Origin: Dehalococcoidia bacterium
Lineage (GTDB): Bacteria > Chloroflexota > Dehalococcoidia > Lucifugimonadales > CAUZEB01
Direction: 5' to 3'
Length of the DNA: 45,536 nt
Assembly (NCBI GenBank): GCA_963578655.1
Contig: CAUZEB010000002.1
Span: 1 to 45,536 of the forward strand
Below the pieces are notes generated by a model. The model worked only from the letters and a program-made list of their open reading frames with translations. It was not told the DNA's origin and did not search any database. Within the stretch, counting starts at the first letter, position 1. Each line of letters starts with the position of its first letter. This document shows, piece after piece, positions 10,155 to 19,656 of the stretch. A program made the position numbers and the translations under genes.

Positions 10155-10853
10155 ATGGAAACGCCATCGCATGCCTTGGAGATTAATTTGAAAAGGGATC
10201 TCGTCCATCATAATACTCCCGCCATAACCTTGTTCCCAGAATATGCTTCCCTGTACTCACTCATAGGGAGCGAGGTAGAAAACTTATCGAAAATACAACT
10301 CGATTTTGAATCAGACTATTGGGAATGGAGCAAATGGAGCATAAGGCGGCAACTAAGTCATATGGCCTCCTTAATATACCGTTGGTTACTTGTGCGTTGG
10401 GGAGAAACATTATTCCCCAACAACGAACATGGTGTCGATGACGTAAATGGATTAGCCCATTCGAAATTTGATCGTCGCATGGACGAAGATCGTTACTGGG
10501 CTTATCCAATCATAATGGAAAAACTTAAAAATGGCTTGGGATTAGTTCAAGCCGTCTTAAATACCCGCGACATAACTTTTCTAAGAAGTCGCTCAATAAT
10601 ATATGACCAGGGTCCACACTGGAAAGTGATGCTAAAAGCTCACCCAGATGGCGTCACCAATACCGACGATCCTTCAAAAGGTTTGATGTTTTTGGAGGCT
10701 AGTATAAGGCACATATACTATGAAGAGATTACACACTTGTATAATATTCAACGTCTTAAGAGAGCTCAAGGATTAGACACAATAGTAACCATTCCAAGAA
10801 TAGGATACTGGGTGCAAGACGGCTGGGATATTAGTGAGCCCGATCAGTTATAA
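10155..10853 (+). CDS. Hypothetical protein, possibly DinB-superfamily-like
   Basis: 232 aa with AGGAG RBS. It has W..WSIRRQLSHM and a later HIYYEEITHLYNIQ (H...H..Q-like) pattern reminiscent of DinB four-helix-bundle proteins. The assignment is weak. Confidence 0.45.
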   Translation: METPSHALEINLKRDLVHHNTPAITLFPEYASLYSLIGSEVENLSKIQLDFESDYWEWSKWSIRRQLSHMASLIYRWLLVRWGETLFPNNEHGVDDVNGLAHSKFDRRMDEDRYWAYPIIMEKLKNGLGLVQAVLNTRDITFLRSRSIIYDQGPHWKVMLKAHPDGVTNTDDPSKGLMFLEASIRHIYYEEITHLYNIQRLKRAQGLDTIVTIPRIGYWVQDGWDISEPDQL

Positions 10854-10864
10854 TCTTATTTTTC

Positions 10865-12004
10865 CTACTCGTCGAACACTTTTGCAGTTGTCACCATGCG
10901 ATTACGAATATTTTCAGATATGTCTTTTGCCCAGCTTGAAGCATGATAGTTATGTATTCTAGACACACCAATTGTTGACTGCGTTATTAACGCAATCCCC
11001 CCCAAATAATCAGACACATCCATATACTCCGGCCCTACACCACCCAAGGGATCTGATATCTTAGTCGTGGCATTGTGATAGTTGCCTAATGGAAAAGCAA
11101 TCCCTGTTACACGATATCCGAAATGAGCAAATGCTGTCGCTTCACAAGTGCCACCACGCATAAGGTGCCGCTGGCACCGAAACGCTGTATTTGTCTCTCG
11201 TATATTTCGTAGACCTATAGCCAGAGCTTTCTCAGCCTCGGAATCGAAAGTATGGGAGGCATCTCCCGTTCGGATAACTGGCCCCTCTCCTTGATTTATG
11301 CCCGGTATAACTGGACTGGATTCAACAGACACAATAATAGTCTCTTTGGGCAAGATGCCTTCGGAAGCCAGAAGGCGAGCGCCAATCAGGCCAACTTCTT
11401 CAGCACGCGTGAAAACGGCATATAGATCTACTTTCTCCTCATTGAACACCAAGTGCTCTAAAGCCGCCAGTATGCTAGCACATCCGGCTAAATCATCTAA
11501 TGCACGCATACGAATTGTATCTCCGTCCAAAATGAAATCGGGCAAATCAAACACAACAGGAACTGGAAACATCGGAACAATATCGGATTGTAGATTTACG
11601 TATACCTTGCGCTCCGATATTTCACGACTTAGCATCGTATCGATAGGACTTATTTCTCCCGATACTCTTTCTCCACATAATGTGAAAACGGCGACAGGAA
11701 CAGGTTTATTTAGAGACGCGACCGGTATGCCTCCCATGGCACGTGCCACAAAACCTTTTCTACAAGACTCTATTATCTCAAACCCTGGATGATCCATATG
11801 AGCGACAAAAGCAATGGGGGTTCTTTCTCGATGTGATGGTAGATTGTCATAATGGGCTATAATATTACCGAATGAATCACACTCTACTTTCACACCCATT
11901 TGCCTAATTGTTTCCAGTATATATTGGGACACCTTATATTCAAAAAAGGGACAAGCTAGGCGGGAACCCAAATCCTTAAGTATTTTCATGGAACGTTCAT
12001 TCAT
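10865..12004 (-). CDS. M42-family metallopeptidase / FrvX-like hydrolase
   Basis: 379 aa. AHMDHPGF (family AHMDEIGF), DDLAGCASILAAL (DDRxGC) and FTRAEEVGLIGA (EEVGxxGA) are metal-ligand motifs typical of M42 proteins. Confidence 0.75.
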   Translation of the reverse strand: MNERSMKILKDLGSRLACPFFEYKVSQYILETIRQMGVKVECDSFGNIIAHYDNLPSHRERTPIAFVAHMDHPGFEIIESCRKGFVARAMGGIPVASLNKPVPVAVFTLCGERVSGEISPIDTMLSREISERKVYVNLQSDIVPMFPVPVVFDLPDFILDGDTIRMRALDDLAGCASILAALEHLVFNEEKVDLYAVFTRAEEVGLIGARLLASEGILPKETIIVSVESSPVIPGINQGEGPVIRTGDASHTFDSEAEKALAIGLRNIRETNTAFRCQRHLMRGGTCEATAFAHFGYRVTGIAFPLGNYHNATTKISDPLGGVGPEYMDVSDYLGGIALITQSTIGVSRIHNYHASSWAKDISENIRNRMVTTAKVFDE

Positions 12005-12082
12005 TTACGTACCCTTTCCATAATAATGAACAAGAAACTGCGGAACGCAGTATTAACCGTGGGTTTTCGCTCGGAATGTTAG

Positions 12083-12277
12083 CTAAAAGTAAAAACCCGG
12101 TTCCACCTGAGGTTCCGGTAGATTTTGAGAAAGCACCCATACATTGTACGCTGCTTCATGTATAATGGGTTCTAATTCTGCTTCTCGCCCTACTCCCCAG
12201 AGTAGAAGCGCTCTGTGTCGCATGTTATGAACGATATCAGACTTAGAAGCCATTGGCTGGTCCTTCGACATCGGCAT
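12083..12277 (-). CDS. Small hypothetical protein (64 aa)
   Basis: The track ORF runs 12083..12355. I prefer the internal ATG at 12277 (MPMSKDQPMASK...), which follows GGAGAATTGGAAATA. No family recognised, so coding status is uncertain. Confidence 0.3.
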   Translation of the reverse strand: MPMSKDQPMASKSDIVHNMRHRALLLWGVGREAELEPIIHEAAYNVWVLSQNLPEPQVEPGFYF

Positions 12278-12355
12278 TATTTCCAATTCTCCAATATAAT
12301 AGACTATATTATATGATAATAATATTTTAAACCATATTAACCGTACAACAATCAT

Positions 12356-12411
12356 ACATACTATTATACAAGGATTTTAATAATCATTAAAATCCTTGTA
12401 TAATAGTATGT
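12356..12411. repeat. Perfect inverted repeat: 26-nt arms with a 4-nt spacer
   Basis: 12356-12381 (ACATACTATTATACAAGGATTTTAAT) is the exact reverse complement of 12386-12411, with spacer AATC. All 26 pairs were checked base by base. Confidence 0.95.
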
Positions 12412-12478
12412 GCAGACTAGAATTTAATGTTACACTTTAATATAGTGCCGATTCACATTTTTACTTTTTGAAGAGCTT

Positions 12479-12616
12479 ATGCCAAAACAAACTTATCAAC
12501 CCCGCAAACGGCGGCGCAAGAGAGTTCATGGATTTAGATCTAGAATGAGCTCTAGGGGCGGTCGTCATGTACTTAAGCGCCGTATGTTCAAGGGTAGACA
12601 CAGGCTTACTGTTTAA
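12479..12616 (+). CDS. rpmH: 50S ribosomal protein L34
   Basis: Own translation: [45 protein letters not shown] (45 aa), canonical L34. It is below the ORF-track length cutoff. The track shows a spurious antisense ORF here instead. Confidence 0.95.
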   Translation: MPKQTYQPRKRRRKRVHGFRSRMSSRGGRHVLKRRMFKGRHRLTV

Positions 12617-12648
12617 ATTCGTGATTTCATTTACGCGCTTGATGGGCA

Positions 12649-13023
12649 ATGGGTAAGGAAAAGCATCTCAGGACATCGAGAGAATTTGCTGCTGTACGTA
12701 GAACCGGCAGAAGTATATCTGACCGGATGCTAGTGTTAATTTCGATGCCAAACGGATTAAGTGTTACCAGATTTGGATTCTCTATAGGGAAAAGAGTTGG
12801 CAATGCGGTCACTCGTAATAGGATAAAACGCAGACTTAGGGAGGCGCTCCAGATTAATGAAATTGAGGAGGGTTGGGATCTGGTCGTTATAGCCCGAAAG
12901 GATTCCTCGTCTGCCCACTTTCGTGATATTATGAACTCCATATCTAAACTGCTAAATAGAGCAAGCATCCTCAAAGTCGATTCCCAATCTCAAAAGCATG
13001 ATCGTGATATGAATAATGTGTAA
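12649..13023 (+). CDS. rnpA: Ribonuclease P protein component
   Basis: 124 aa. Basic RNR-type motif [15 protein letters not shown]. Lies immediately downstream of rpmH. Confidence 0.9.
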   Translation: MGKEKHLRTSREFAAVRRTGRSISDRMLVLISMPNGLSVTRFGFSIGKRVGNAVTRNRIKRRLREALQINEIEEGWDLVVIARKDSSSAHFRDIMNSISKLLNRASILKVDSQSQKHDRDMNNV

Positions 13024-13228
13024 ACTACTACTTAACACCATAGAATTTTATCAACGGAGTATATCTCCGTATTTTTTTAAAGGTCAATGCCGATATTTAC
13101 CAAGTTGTTCAAATTACACGCACGAAGCGATCTCCAAATACGGGGTCCTAAAAGGGATTTGGTTAGGCTCTCGGCGCTTGCTACAATGTAATCCGTTAGG
13201 CAAAAGTAGATATGATCCAGTTCCTTAA
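13016..13228 (+). CDS. yidD: Membrane protein insertion efficiency factor YidD
   Basis: 70 aa. YQRSISPY....[21 protein letters not shown]...RLLQCNP signature. 8-nt overlap with rnpA. Confidence 0.9.
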   Translation: MCKLLLNTIEFYQRSISPYFFKGQCRYLPSCSNYTHEAISKYGVLKGIWLGSRRLLQCNPLGKSRYDPVP

Positions 13229-14339
13229 TCACAAATACATAATATCTACATTCGTTATTCTAATGTTATCGTATGTATTAATCCTATCGGGTTGTGCTCG
13301 TGTGGCACAGCCCGAAGGTTGGTCAGCTGGTGTTTTAACAGATGGCAAAATATTTATTGGTACTATGGAAGGGCAACTCGTTGCTCTCGATCGCTTTACA
13401 GGGGAAACTTACTGGAAGTTCGATTTAAGAGGAGAAGAGTCACTAAGGGCTATCTACGGAACCCCAGCTATATCAAATGAAACGCTGTATATAGGAGGCT
13501 ATGATGGTATCCTATACGCGCTTACTACTGAAGGTAATTTAATCTGGGAGGAGCGCGTGGACGGTCCAATTGTAGGGAGTCCTTTTTTAACGGAGGACAC
13601 GATTTTGGTTAGTTCTGCAGATGGCCACGTCTACGCCTTCGACAAATCTAAGCAATCCCGTAAGTGGCGATTTAAGGCTAAGGACTCAGTATGGTCCGGC
13701 CCCATAGCTTCAAATGGAGTTGTTTATTTCGGATCCCTGGATCGCAAAGTGTACGCTTTGAACCAAGATGACGGCAATCTTCTTTGGGAATTCTCAACTA
13801 AAGGCGCAGTGACCGCCACACCTTTGGTATATGATGGACGCGTTTATATTGGTTCATTCGGCGGTGTTTTTTACTCTATAGACGCTAAAACTGGTGTGGA
13901 AGTATGGAGATTTGAAGGTGCTACCAATTGGTACTGGGGATCAGCGATCATCCATAATGGAACTATTTTTGCTCCTTCCTTAGATGGGAATCTGTATGCT
14001 TTGGACATTAAAACAGGGGCTCTTCTGTGGACCATTGAAACCGAAGGACCTATTATCGGATCTCCTGCTGTGGTGTTTGACATGCTAGCCGTAGCTTCCC
14101 AGGACGGCAAAATAAGGTTCACTCGTTTATCAAACGGGTTAGAATTAAACTCCTGTAATATTGGTGAAGAGATAAAAACATCTATCGTGGCGAAAGATGG
14201 GTTTATCTATTTTGGGGCTCAGGACAATTCAATTCGTGCGCTCGAAATCAAAAAGAATAGTGGTAACCCTGATGAGGTGTGGGTACATTTCACTGACCAA
14301 GACGACCCCATTTCACGGGATCGAGCAAAAGCCTGCTAA
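13212..14339 (+). CDS. PQQ-like/BamB-like beta-propeller repeat lipoprotein
   Basis: 375 aa. Signal peptide ending in lipobox LSGC (Cys28). Repeated motifs of the type G.lyALD..tGe..W.f across roughly 7-8 blades. The start overlaps the yidD end by 17 nt. Confidence 0.8.
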   Translation: MIQFLNHKYIISTFVILMLSYVLILSGCARVAQPEGWSAGVLTDGKIFIGTMEGQLVALDRFTGETYWKFDLRGEESLRAIYGTPAISNETLYIGGYDGILYALTTEGNLIWEERVDGPIVGSPFLTEDTILVSSADGHVYAFDKSKQSRKWRFKAKDSVWSGPIASNGVVYFGSLDRKVYALNQDDGNLLWEFSTKGAVTATPLVYDGRVYIGSFGGVFYSIDAKTGVEVWRFEGATNWYWGSAIIHNGTIFAPSLDGNLYALDIKTGALLWTIETEGPIIGSPAVVFDMLAVASQDGKIRFTRLSNGLELNSCNIGEEIKTSIVAKDGFIYFGAQDNSIRALEIKKNSGNPDEVWVHFTDQDDPISRDRAKAC

Positions 14340-14361
14340 TGAAATATAGGATGTTTGTGTT

Positions 14362-15285
14362 GTGCAATTACTAGGCGATATATGGAACGCAGTTATAATT
14401 CAACCTATGATCAACAGCCTGATACTGCTGTACGACGTATTCTTTAATAACTTTGGGCTCAGCATCATAGCGTTTACTATACTTGTCCGCGTAGTGCTTA
14501 TTCCGCTTTCAATAAAGCAAGCCCGTCAAATGAAGGCTATGACTAGCCTTCAGCCTAAATTAAAGGAAATTCAAGAACTCTATAAAAAAGATCCGCAAAA
14601 ACGTTCCAGTGAAACAATGCGGACTTATAAAGAGCGTGGAGTAAACCCTATAGGGTGCTTAGGGCCCTTTTTTATACAATTTCCCATTTGGATCGGCCTG
14701 TTTTGGTCCCTCAGGGCTACCTTACCCTCAACTCCCGAAAGCCTGGCCCGTTTGTCAGGCCAGATTTATCCTTGGCTCCCTGGAATTAATGAATCGATAC
14801 CCTTGAAGAGCACTTTTTTGTGGTTGGATCTTGGATCGAGTGATCCAACACCTATACTGCCGGTTCTTGTCGGCTTATCAATGTTTCTCATGCAAAAAGT
14901 TACCACTATGCCAGCGGCAGATCCACGACAAGCCTCAACAAACAGAATGATGTTATGGATGCTACCGATAATGTTCGGTTTTTTTACCACTCAATTTGAA
15001 AGTGGTTTAGCACTATATTGGGTCATATCAAATATAGTCGGGATGATAATACAAGGATTTGTAACAGGATGGGCCCCTCTGATCTCCTTATTCTTATTCT
15101 GGCAATCAAATAAAGCGAAAGAGCAGCCGCAATTGAATGACTCAAAGGCAATAGAGTCCCAACCGGAGGAGACGATTACCGATGCAAACCATAGAGACAA
15201 CAGCAAAGACAACAGAAGAGGCAATCGAACTCGCCCTAAAAGAATTAGACGTAGAGCGCGCGGAAGTAGAAATAGACGTCATTAG
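14362..15285 (+). CDS. yidC: Membrane protein insertase YidC (short, monoderm/Oxa1-like form)
   Basis: 307 aa with a GTG start. Conserved TM core (LSIIAFTILVRVVLIPLSIKQ..., LYKERGVNPIGCL, GLALYWVISNIV) and a highly basic C-terminal tail (RRGNRTRPKRIRRRARGSRNRRH). Confidence 0.9.
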   Translation: MQLLGDIWNAVIIQPMINSLILLYDVFFNNFGLSIIAFTILVRVVLIPLSIKQARQMKAMTSLQPKLKEIQELYKKDPQKRSSETMRTYKERGVNPIGCLGPFFIQFPIWIGLFWSLRATLPSTPESLARLSGQIYPWLPGINESIPLKSTFLWLDLGSSDPTPILPVLVGLSMFLMQKVTTMPAADPRQASTNRMMLWMLPIMFGFFTTQFESGLALYWVISNIVGMIIQGFVTGWAPLISLFLFWQSNKAKEQPQLNDSKAIESQPEETITDANHRDNSKDNRRGNRTRPKRIRRRARGSRNRRH

Positions 15286-15820
15286 TCGAGGAAAACCGGG
15301 TTTTTGGGGTCTGCGTAATGAGCCAGCACGTGTTCGGGTTACAGTCCTGGAACAAGCTTCAGATGTAGTGAAAATCTCTACCGAAGTAATCGAAACTCTT
15401 ATGTCGAAAATGAACGTTAGCGCCGTGGTGAATTTACTGCAAGCGATGGAAGAAGGTATAGGGGGACCGGAATTCAACATAGAAGGCGATGACTCGGGTC
15501 TTCTCATAGGACGCAGAGGTGAGACACTTAAAGCATTCCAATTCATCGTGAGATTTATAGTGGGAAGCCGACTGGGAACTAGAGCACAATTATCCCTCGA
15601 CGTGGAAGGATACCAGAAACGCCGTTACCAATCTTTGGCTGATCTTGCCCAACGTGTAGCTCAGCGTGTATCTAATTCAGGTAGGACAGTAACACTCGAA
15701 CCAATGCCTTCTAATGAGAGGAGAATTATCCATATAACGTTAGCTAATCATAGGTTAGTCTCTACAGAGAGTTCGGGATCGGGTGATGGCCGCCAAGTAG
15801 CAATAAACCCGCTACAGTAG
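15182..15820 (+). CDS. jag: Jag/KhpB RNA-binding protein (Jag_N, KH and R3H domains)
   Basis: 212 aa. Jag_N start MQTIETTAKTTEEAIELALKELDVERAEVEIDV, KH-like GRRGETLKAFQ, and an R3H-like region ERRIIHITL. Overlaps yidC by 104 nt in the +1 frame. Confidence 0.9.
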   Translation: MQTIETTAKTTEEAIELALKELDVERAEVEIDVISRGKPGFWGLRNEPARVRVTVLEQASDVVKISTEVIETLMSKMNVSAVVNLLQAMEEGIGGPEFNIEGDDSGLLIGRRGETLKAFQFIVRFIVGSRLGTRAQLSLDVEGYQKRRYQSLADLAQRVAQRVSNSGRTVTLEPMPSNERRIIHITLANHRLVSTESSGSGDGRQVAINPLQ

Positions 15821-16112
15821 AAGAATTCACCTAATCCATAAAGGGAGATCTACATGTTGTAAAGCATGCTCTACCATTATCTTTTTCTTGTTGAGTTCCC
15901 TGTTAGCACCAATTGATGAGGTCAACTATGCTTTATCAGACGTTCGAAGTAACCGAACTCCCTGACTTTTCACACACGCTCTTACATAACAACTGCCTTA
16001 AAGGTAATGTTATAATCTTAATTGAACGGACTCGATCCTAGGTCATTCATACAATGAACGCTACATGACACGCTTAACAGACACTTTGACCTGAAAATGG
16101 TAATGTTTAGTC

Positions 16113-17243
16113 ATGCCTACTACAAAATTCAGCGGACCCATATTACTTATTTGCTCGATCGCTGGTACTGTTTTACTCATCTATTTACTCAGAGGTGCTC
16201 TATTTCCTTTCATTGTCGGAATAGCCCTTGCTTATATGCTTCATCCAATTGTTAAAGTCCTTGAAAAACTCTTGCCATGGAGTAGAAAATACCCTGACGT
16301 AAGTCGTCTCACGTCTATTATAGTTGTTTACCTGGTAGCCATAACTGTAATAACGGGGTCTTTATTAATCATAATTCCTCCAGCATTCGAGCAAGCCACG
16401 GCCTTCGCTGAATCTCTTCCTCTGTTTTTCGATAATGCTCAGGAAACCGTTGAAGCCTGGAACGAGCAATTAACAGGTACCATACCTGCGGAGTTAAGAC
16501 AAGAGTTCGTCGATTTGCTCGAAAATGCCGGAGTTATTTTAATTAACTCTTTCCAAGACATTCTAAGGAGAATGTTTAGTCTTGTATCAAGTGCCTTAAC
16601 TATTGTTATTGGGCTAGCTATAGTGCCCATCTTTCTATTTTATATTCTTAAGGATGCGGAAGATCTTTCGGAACGATTTGTATCTCTATTTCCGTCGAAC
16701 ATCCACGTACATGTCCGTAATATCATGATAATCATCAATCATGTACTCTCAAACTACGTCAAGGCCCAATTGACTCTAGCTATAGTTGTAGGACTGCTAG
16801 TTTATATAGGCCTGATTATATTAGGCATACGATTCTCCATCCTTTTGGCTATAGTGGCAGGGTTCTCCGAATTGATTCCTATTGTTGGCCCGATAATTGG
16901 AGCTATCCCAGGGATACTCGTAACTCTAGCTACAGAGCCTGAAAAGATAGTCTGGGTGATTCTGATGTACCTGATGATCCAATTGTTAGAAAACTCATTA
17001 ATGGTTCCTCGTGTACAAAGCCAGGCTTTAAAAGTACATCCCGTCGTAATAATGCTGGCTTTGGTTGTAGGAAGCGAATTTGCAGGCCTCTATGGTCTTA
17101 TTCTGGGGCCACCTATAGTAGCCACCATTAAAGAAGTAATCTATTACCTCAGAAAATGGGATCCGCCTCAAACATTAAGTAAGGCGGAACAAGGACAAAT
17201 CCAGGACGCTACAGACAACAATGACATAGGTGACGAAAATTAA
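16113..17243 (+). CDS. AI-2E family transporter (PerM/YhhT-like permease)
   Basis: 376 aa, polytopic. Family-typical layout with the C-terminal conserved stretch SELIPIVGPIIGAIPGILV...LMIQLLENSLMVPRV. Confidence 0.8.
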   Translation: MPTTKFSGPILLICSIAGTVLLIYLLRGALFPFIVGIALAYMLHPIVKVLEKLLPWSRKYPDVSRLTSIIVVYLVAITVITGSLLIIIPPAFEQATAFAESLPLFFDNAQETVEAWNEQLTGTIPAELRQEFVDLLENAGVILINSFQDILRRMFSLVSSALTIVIGLAIVPIFLFYILKDAEDLSERFVSLFPSNIHVHVRNIMIIINHVLSNYVKAQLTLAIVVGLLVYIGLIILGIRFSILLAIVAGFSELIPIVGPIIGAIPGILVTLATEPEKIVWVILMYLMIQLLENSLMVPRVQSQALKVHPVVIMLALVVGSEFAGLYGLILGPPIVATIKEVIYYLRKWDPPQTLSKAEQGQIQDATDNNDIGDEN

Positions 17244-17364
17244 TACTTGCTTAATCTCGTGTAAAACTATGATAATGATCGCTGTGAATTCTCTTTACGT
17301 TCACTATAACTCCTTATCACTCGAAACATGAACAAACCATACAATATTACAGGGATTTGGACTG

Positions 17365-18030
17365 ATGACGGTCAAAGTTATATTACTCGATTATGATGAT
17401 ACGCTTGTGGATACTTTTGGATCTCGTCTACTTGCTGCGAAACTTGCTGCTGAAGGGATTCTCGATCCCGAATTGGATATGAATGCTATTATGAGGAACT
17501 CGGCAGGACGTCCTCAACGTGATATTTGGAAAGATCTGGCCGACAATGATCGCACGGCAGAGGTATTAATGGGAAAATATATGAATCTCTATTGGAATGA
17601 GACCAGTAAGTCTATACAGATATTTCCAGGTGTGGAAGATCTGCTGTCTGAGCTCATGCTTAGGAAATTAAAAATCGGGATAGTCACTTCTAAAGTGCGT
17701 CTGATGCATAACGCAACAGGTCCGTATGGCGTATTGGTCGAAATAAAACGACTCGGCCTCAATGATATCTTTGATGTAATAGTTGGATGGCCTGATGTTG
17801 AAGAAAGCAAACCTCATCCTGCTCCAATTTATTACGCTTTAAATCAACTACAGTTATCACCTAACGATGCCATTATGGTAGGTGATAGTCATATCGACAT
17901 TAAAGCGGCTAAACGTGCCGGGGTTACATCAGCTGCAGCTAAGTGGGGAACTTTAAACGAACATCTATTGATTGAATCTAATCCAGACTACGTTCTAGAA
18001 TTGCCCCACCAATTAACTGAATTAGTGTAA
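17365..18030 (+). CDS. HAD-superfamily hydrolase, subfamily IA (phosphoglycolate phosphatase/PpaX-like)
   Basis: 221 aa. Motif I LLDYDDTLVDT, motif II VTSK, Lys ESKPHPAP and motif IV VGDSHIDIKAAKRAG. Confidence 0.8.
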   Translation: MTVKVILLDYDDTLVDTFGSRLLAAKLAAEGILDPELDMNAIMRNSAGRPQRDIWKDLADNDRTAEVLMGKYMNLYWNETSKSIQIFPGVEDLLSELMLRKLKIGIVTSKVRLMHNATGPYGVLVEIKRLGLNDIFDVIVGWPDVEESKPHPAPIYYALNQLQLSPNDAIMVGDSHIDIKAAKRAGVTSAAAKWGTLNEHLLIESNPDYVLELPHQLTELV

Positions 18031-18037
18031 TAATCCA

Positions 18038-18808
18038 GTGACTTCAAATACTATTCGAACACAAACCTTCGAACGACTATCAATTATAACGATAGCATGT
18101 AATATAACAAGTTATTCGCAGAACGAAAAAATGGTCTTCGAGTTAAAAGACGCCCTTACTCATCTTTCCCAAGATGAGGGTACATGGGTCATTATTCTTA
18201 CCGGTGAGAACGACGCATTCTTCACAAGTGTTGACCTGTCATCACTGCCGTGTTCGACAAATTTACTAACCGCCATCTCGGTACTTAAATGTTCCGACCA
18301 TATCGCATCAATACAAAAGCCAGTTATAGCCGCATTAAATGGAGACATTCTGGATCAAGGTTTAGAGTTAGCGTTAGCTTGTGACATACGCATAGCCTCC
18401 ATCAAATCAGTTTTTGGCCTTACGCAAATTAAAAGAGGACTAATACCATGGGATGGCGGAACTCAACGGCTTCCAAGACTTATAGGGAAGGCACGAGCTT
18501 TGGAAATGATCCTTTCACCTCTGATTATACCTTCAAATAGGGCTTTCAATATCGGCCTGGTTAACCAAATAGTTCAACCTAATAAAGTACTGGATACAGC
18601 GAAAGAAACTGCTTCGTCAATCATTAAGCACGGGCCAATTGCTGCTAGATATCTCAAAGAGGCCATTTCCAGTGGACTGGATATGAAACTCGATCAAGGA
18701 CTCAAGCTCGAAAACGATTTGGGATTAATTCTACATAGTACGGGCGATCGGAAAGAAGGCATAAATTCATTCCTAGAACGCCGTAGTCCTAAATATAAAG
18801 GAGAATAA
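18038..18808 (+). CDS. Crotonase-superfamily protein, divergent (one catalytic Glu replaced)
   Basis: 256 aa with a GTG start of uncertain position. Crotonase core GLELALACDIRIAS...GLIPWDGGTQRLPRLIG, but FGLTQIKRG stands where canonical hydratases have FGxPExxLG. Confidence 0.7.
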   Translation: MTSNTIRTQTFERLSIITIACNITSYSQNEKMVFELKDALTHLSQDEGTWVIILTGENDAFFTSVDLSSLPCSTNLLTAISVLKCSDHIASIQKPVIAALNGDILDQGLELALACDIRIASIKSVFGLTQIKRGLIPWDGGTQRLPRLIGKARALEMILSPLIIPSNRAFNIGLVNQIVQPNKVLDTAKETASSIIKHGPIAARYLKEAISSGLDMKLDQGLKLENDLGLILHSTGDRKEGINSFLERRSPKYKGE

Positions 18809-18841
18809 CACTGAATGGACTTAAAATAAAGTGAGGAGAAA

Positions 18842-19582
18842 GTGTATTTCTTGACACCAGAATCAAATACTATTTTATATACTAAAGACGCTGGTGTAGC
18901 TCAAATAGTTTTAAACAGACCAGAATATATCAACGCATACAACACCAACATGAGGGACGAATTATTTCAGGTTCTCTTAGCCATTAGAGATGATCCCGAA
19001 GTTTTGGTTGCCATTTTTCAAGGATCAGGATCACGTGGCTTCTGCTCCGGGGCTGACCTAACAGAATTCAATACCGCTCCTTCGCAAACTGTAGCTAGAA
19101 AAACTCGATCGGATCGTGATATATGGGACATATTCCTGAATCTACACAAACCCCTGATAGCAGCTTTACACGGCTATGTAATTGGAGTTGGATTGGAACT
19201 TGCTAGTTTGTGCGATTTCCGTATAGCTGCTCATGACACTTTTTTCCAAATGCCTGAAGTCGCTCTAGGTATGATACCTACAGCTGGTGGTACTCAAACT
19301 ATTCCTCGTATCATCACCTCGAGTTACAGTATCGAGATGATGTTAACTAATAAACGTTTGTCAGCTAAAGAAGCAAAATCCATCGGGCTTGTGCATCATG
19401 TGGTTTCGAGGAGCAATTTAAATCGGACAGTCACGCGATTAGCTCGTATACTAACATCGCATAACCCTGCCACATTAACCATCGCGAAGAGAGCTATTAT
19501 CGATGGGATTGACCTACCACTTTGCGATGGATTAAAACTCGAAGAGCATCTTTTAAAAAACCTATTATCTGACAATGTATAA
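18842..19582 (+). CDS. Enoyl-CoA hydratase/isomerase family protein (canonical motifs)
   Basis: 246 aa with a GTG start after GAGGAG. Has GFCSGADL, GVGLELASLCDFRIAA and MPEVALGMIPTAGGTQ, so both catalytic Glu positions are present. Confidence 0.85.
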   Translation: MYFLTPESNTILYTKDAGVAQIVLNRPEYINAYNTNMRDELFQVLLAIRDDPEVLVAIFQGSGSRGFCSGADLTEFNTAPSQTVARKTRSDRDIWDIFLNLHKPLIAALHGYVIGVGLELASLCDFRIAAHDTFFQMPEVALGMIPTAGGTQTIPRIITSSYSIEMMLTNKRLSAKEAKSIGLVHHVVSRSNLNRTVTRLARILTSHNPATLTIAKRAIIDGIDLPLCDGLKLEEHLLKNLLSDNV

Positions 19583-19656
19583 ACTCTGATAAGAATACAG
19601 GGTTGAAGTACTTTGAAATATAAGTTACTGAGTAACAAATTGGAGAGTTCTAGGAT

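Noticed and set aside
11298-11792. Longer antisense or alternative-frame ORFs inside well-supported genes. Examples: 11298..11792, 15142..15546, 25312..25773, 30302..30670, 35947..36303, 37160..37570, 38400..38828, 12627..12974, 1745..2089, 24475..24777
   Set aside because: Each lies wholly within a gene with strong family motifs on the other strand or frame. They have low-complexity Ser/Pro/Arg-rich or odd composition and lack ribosome-binding sites. They are treated as shadow ORFs.
12290-12478. Possible chromosomal replication origin next to rpmH, given the AT-rich spacer, the long palindrome and the classical oriC neighbourhood
   Set aside because: There is no dnaA or dnaN gene in the window. 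I could not find a cluster of TTATCCACA-like boxes in this spacer. The only near-consensus matches seen by eye are isolated, at about 268-276 inside coaD, 23067-23075 and 32195-32203. GC skew cannot be computed here, so the idea remains unsupported.
12461-12649. 62-aa minus-strand ORF from the track
   Set aside because: The opposite strand encodes a textbook L34 (rpmH, 12479-12616). The minus-strand ORF is its antisense shadow.
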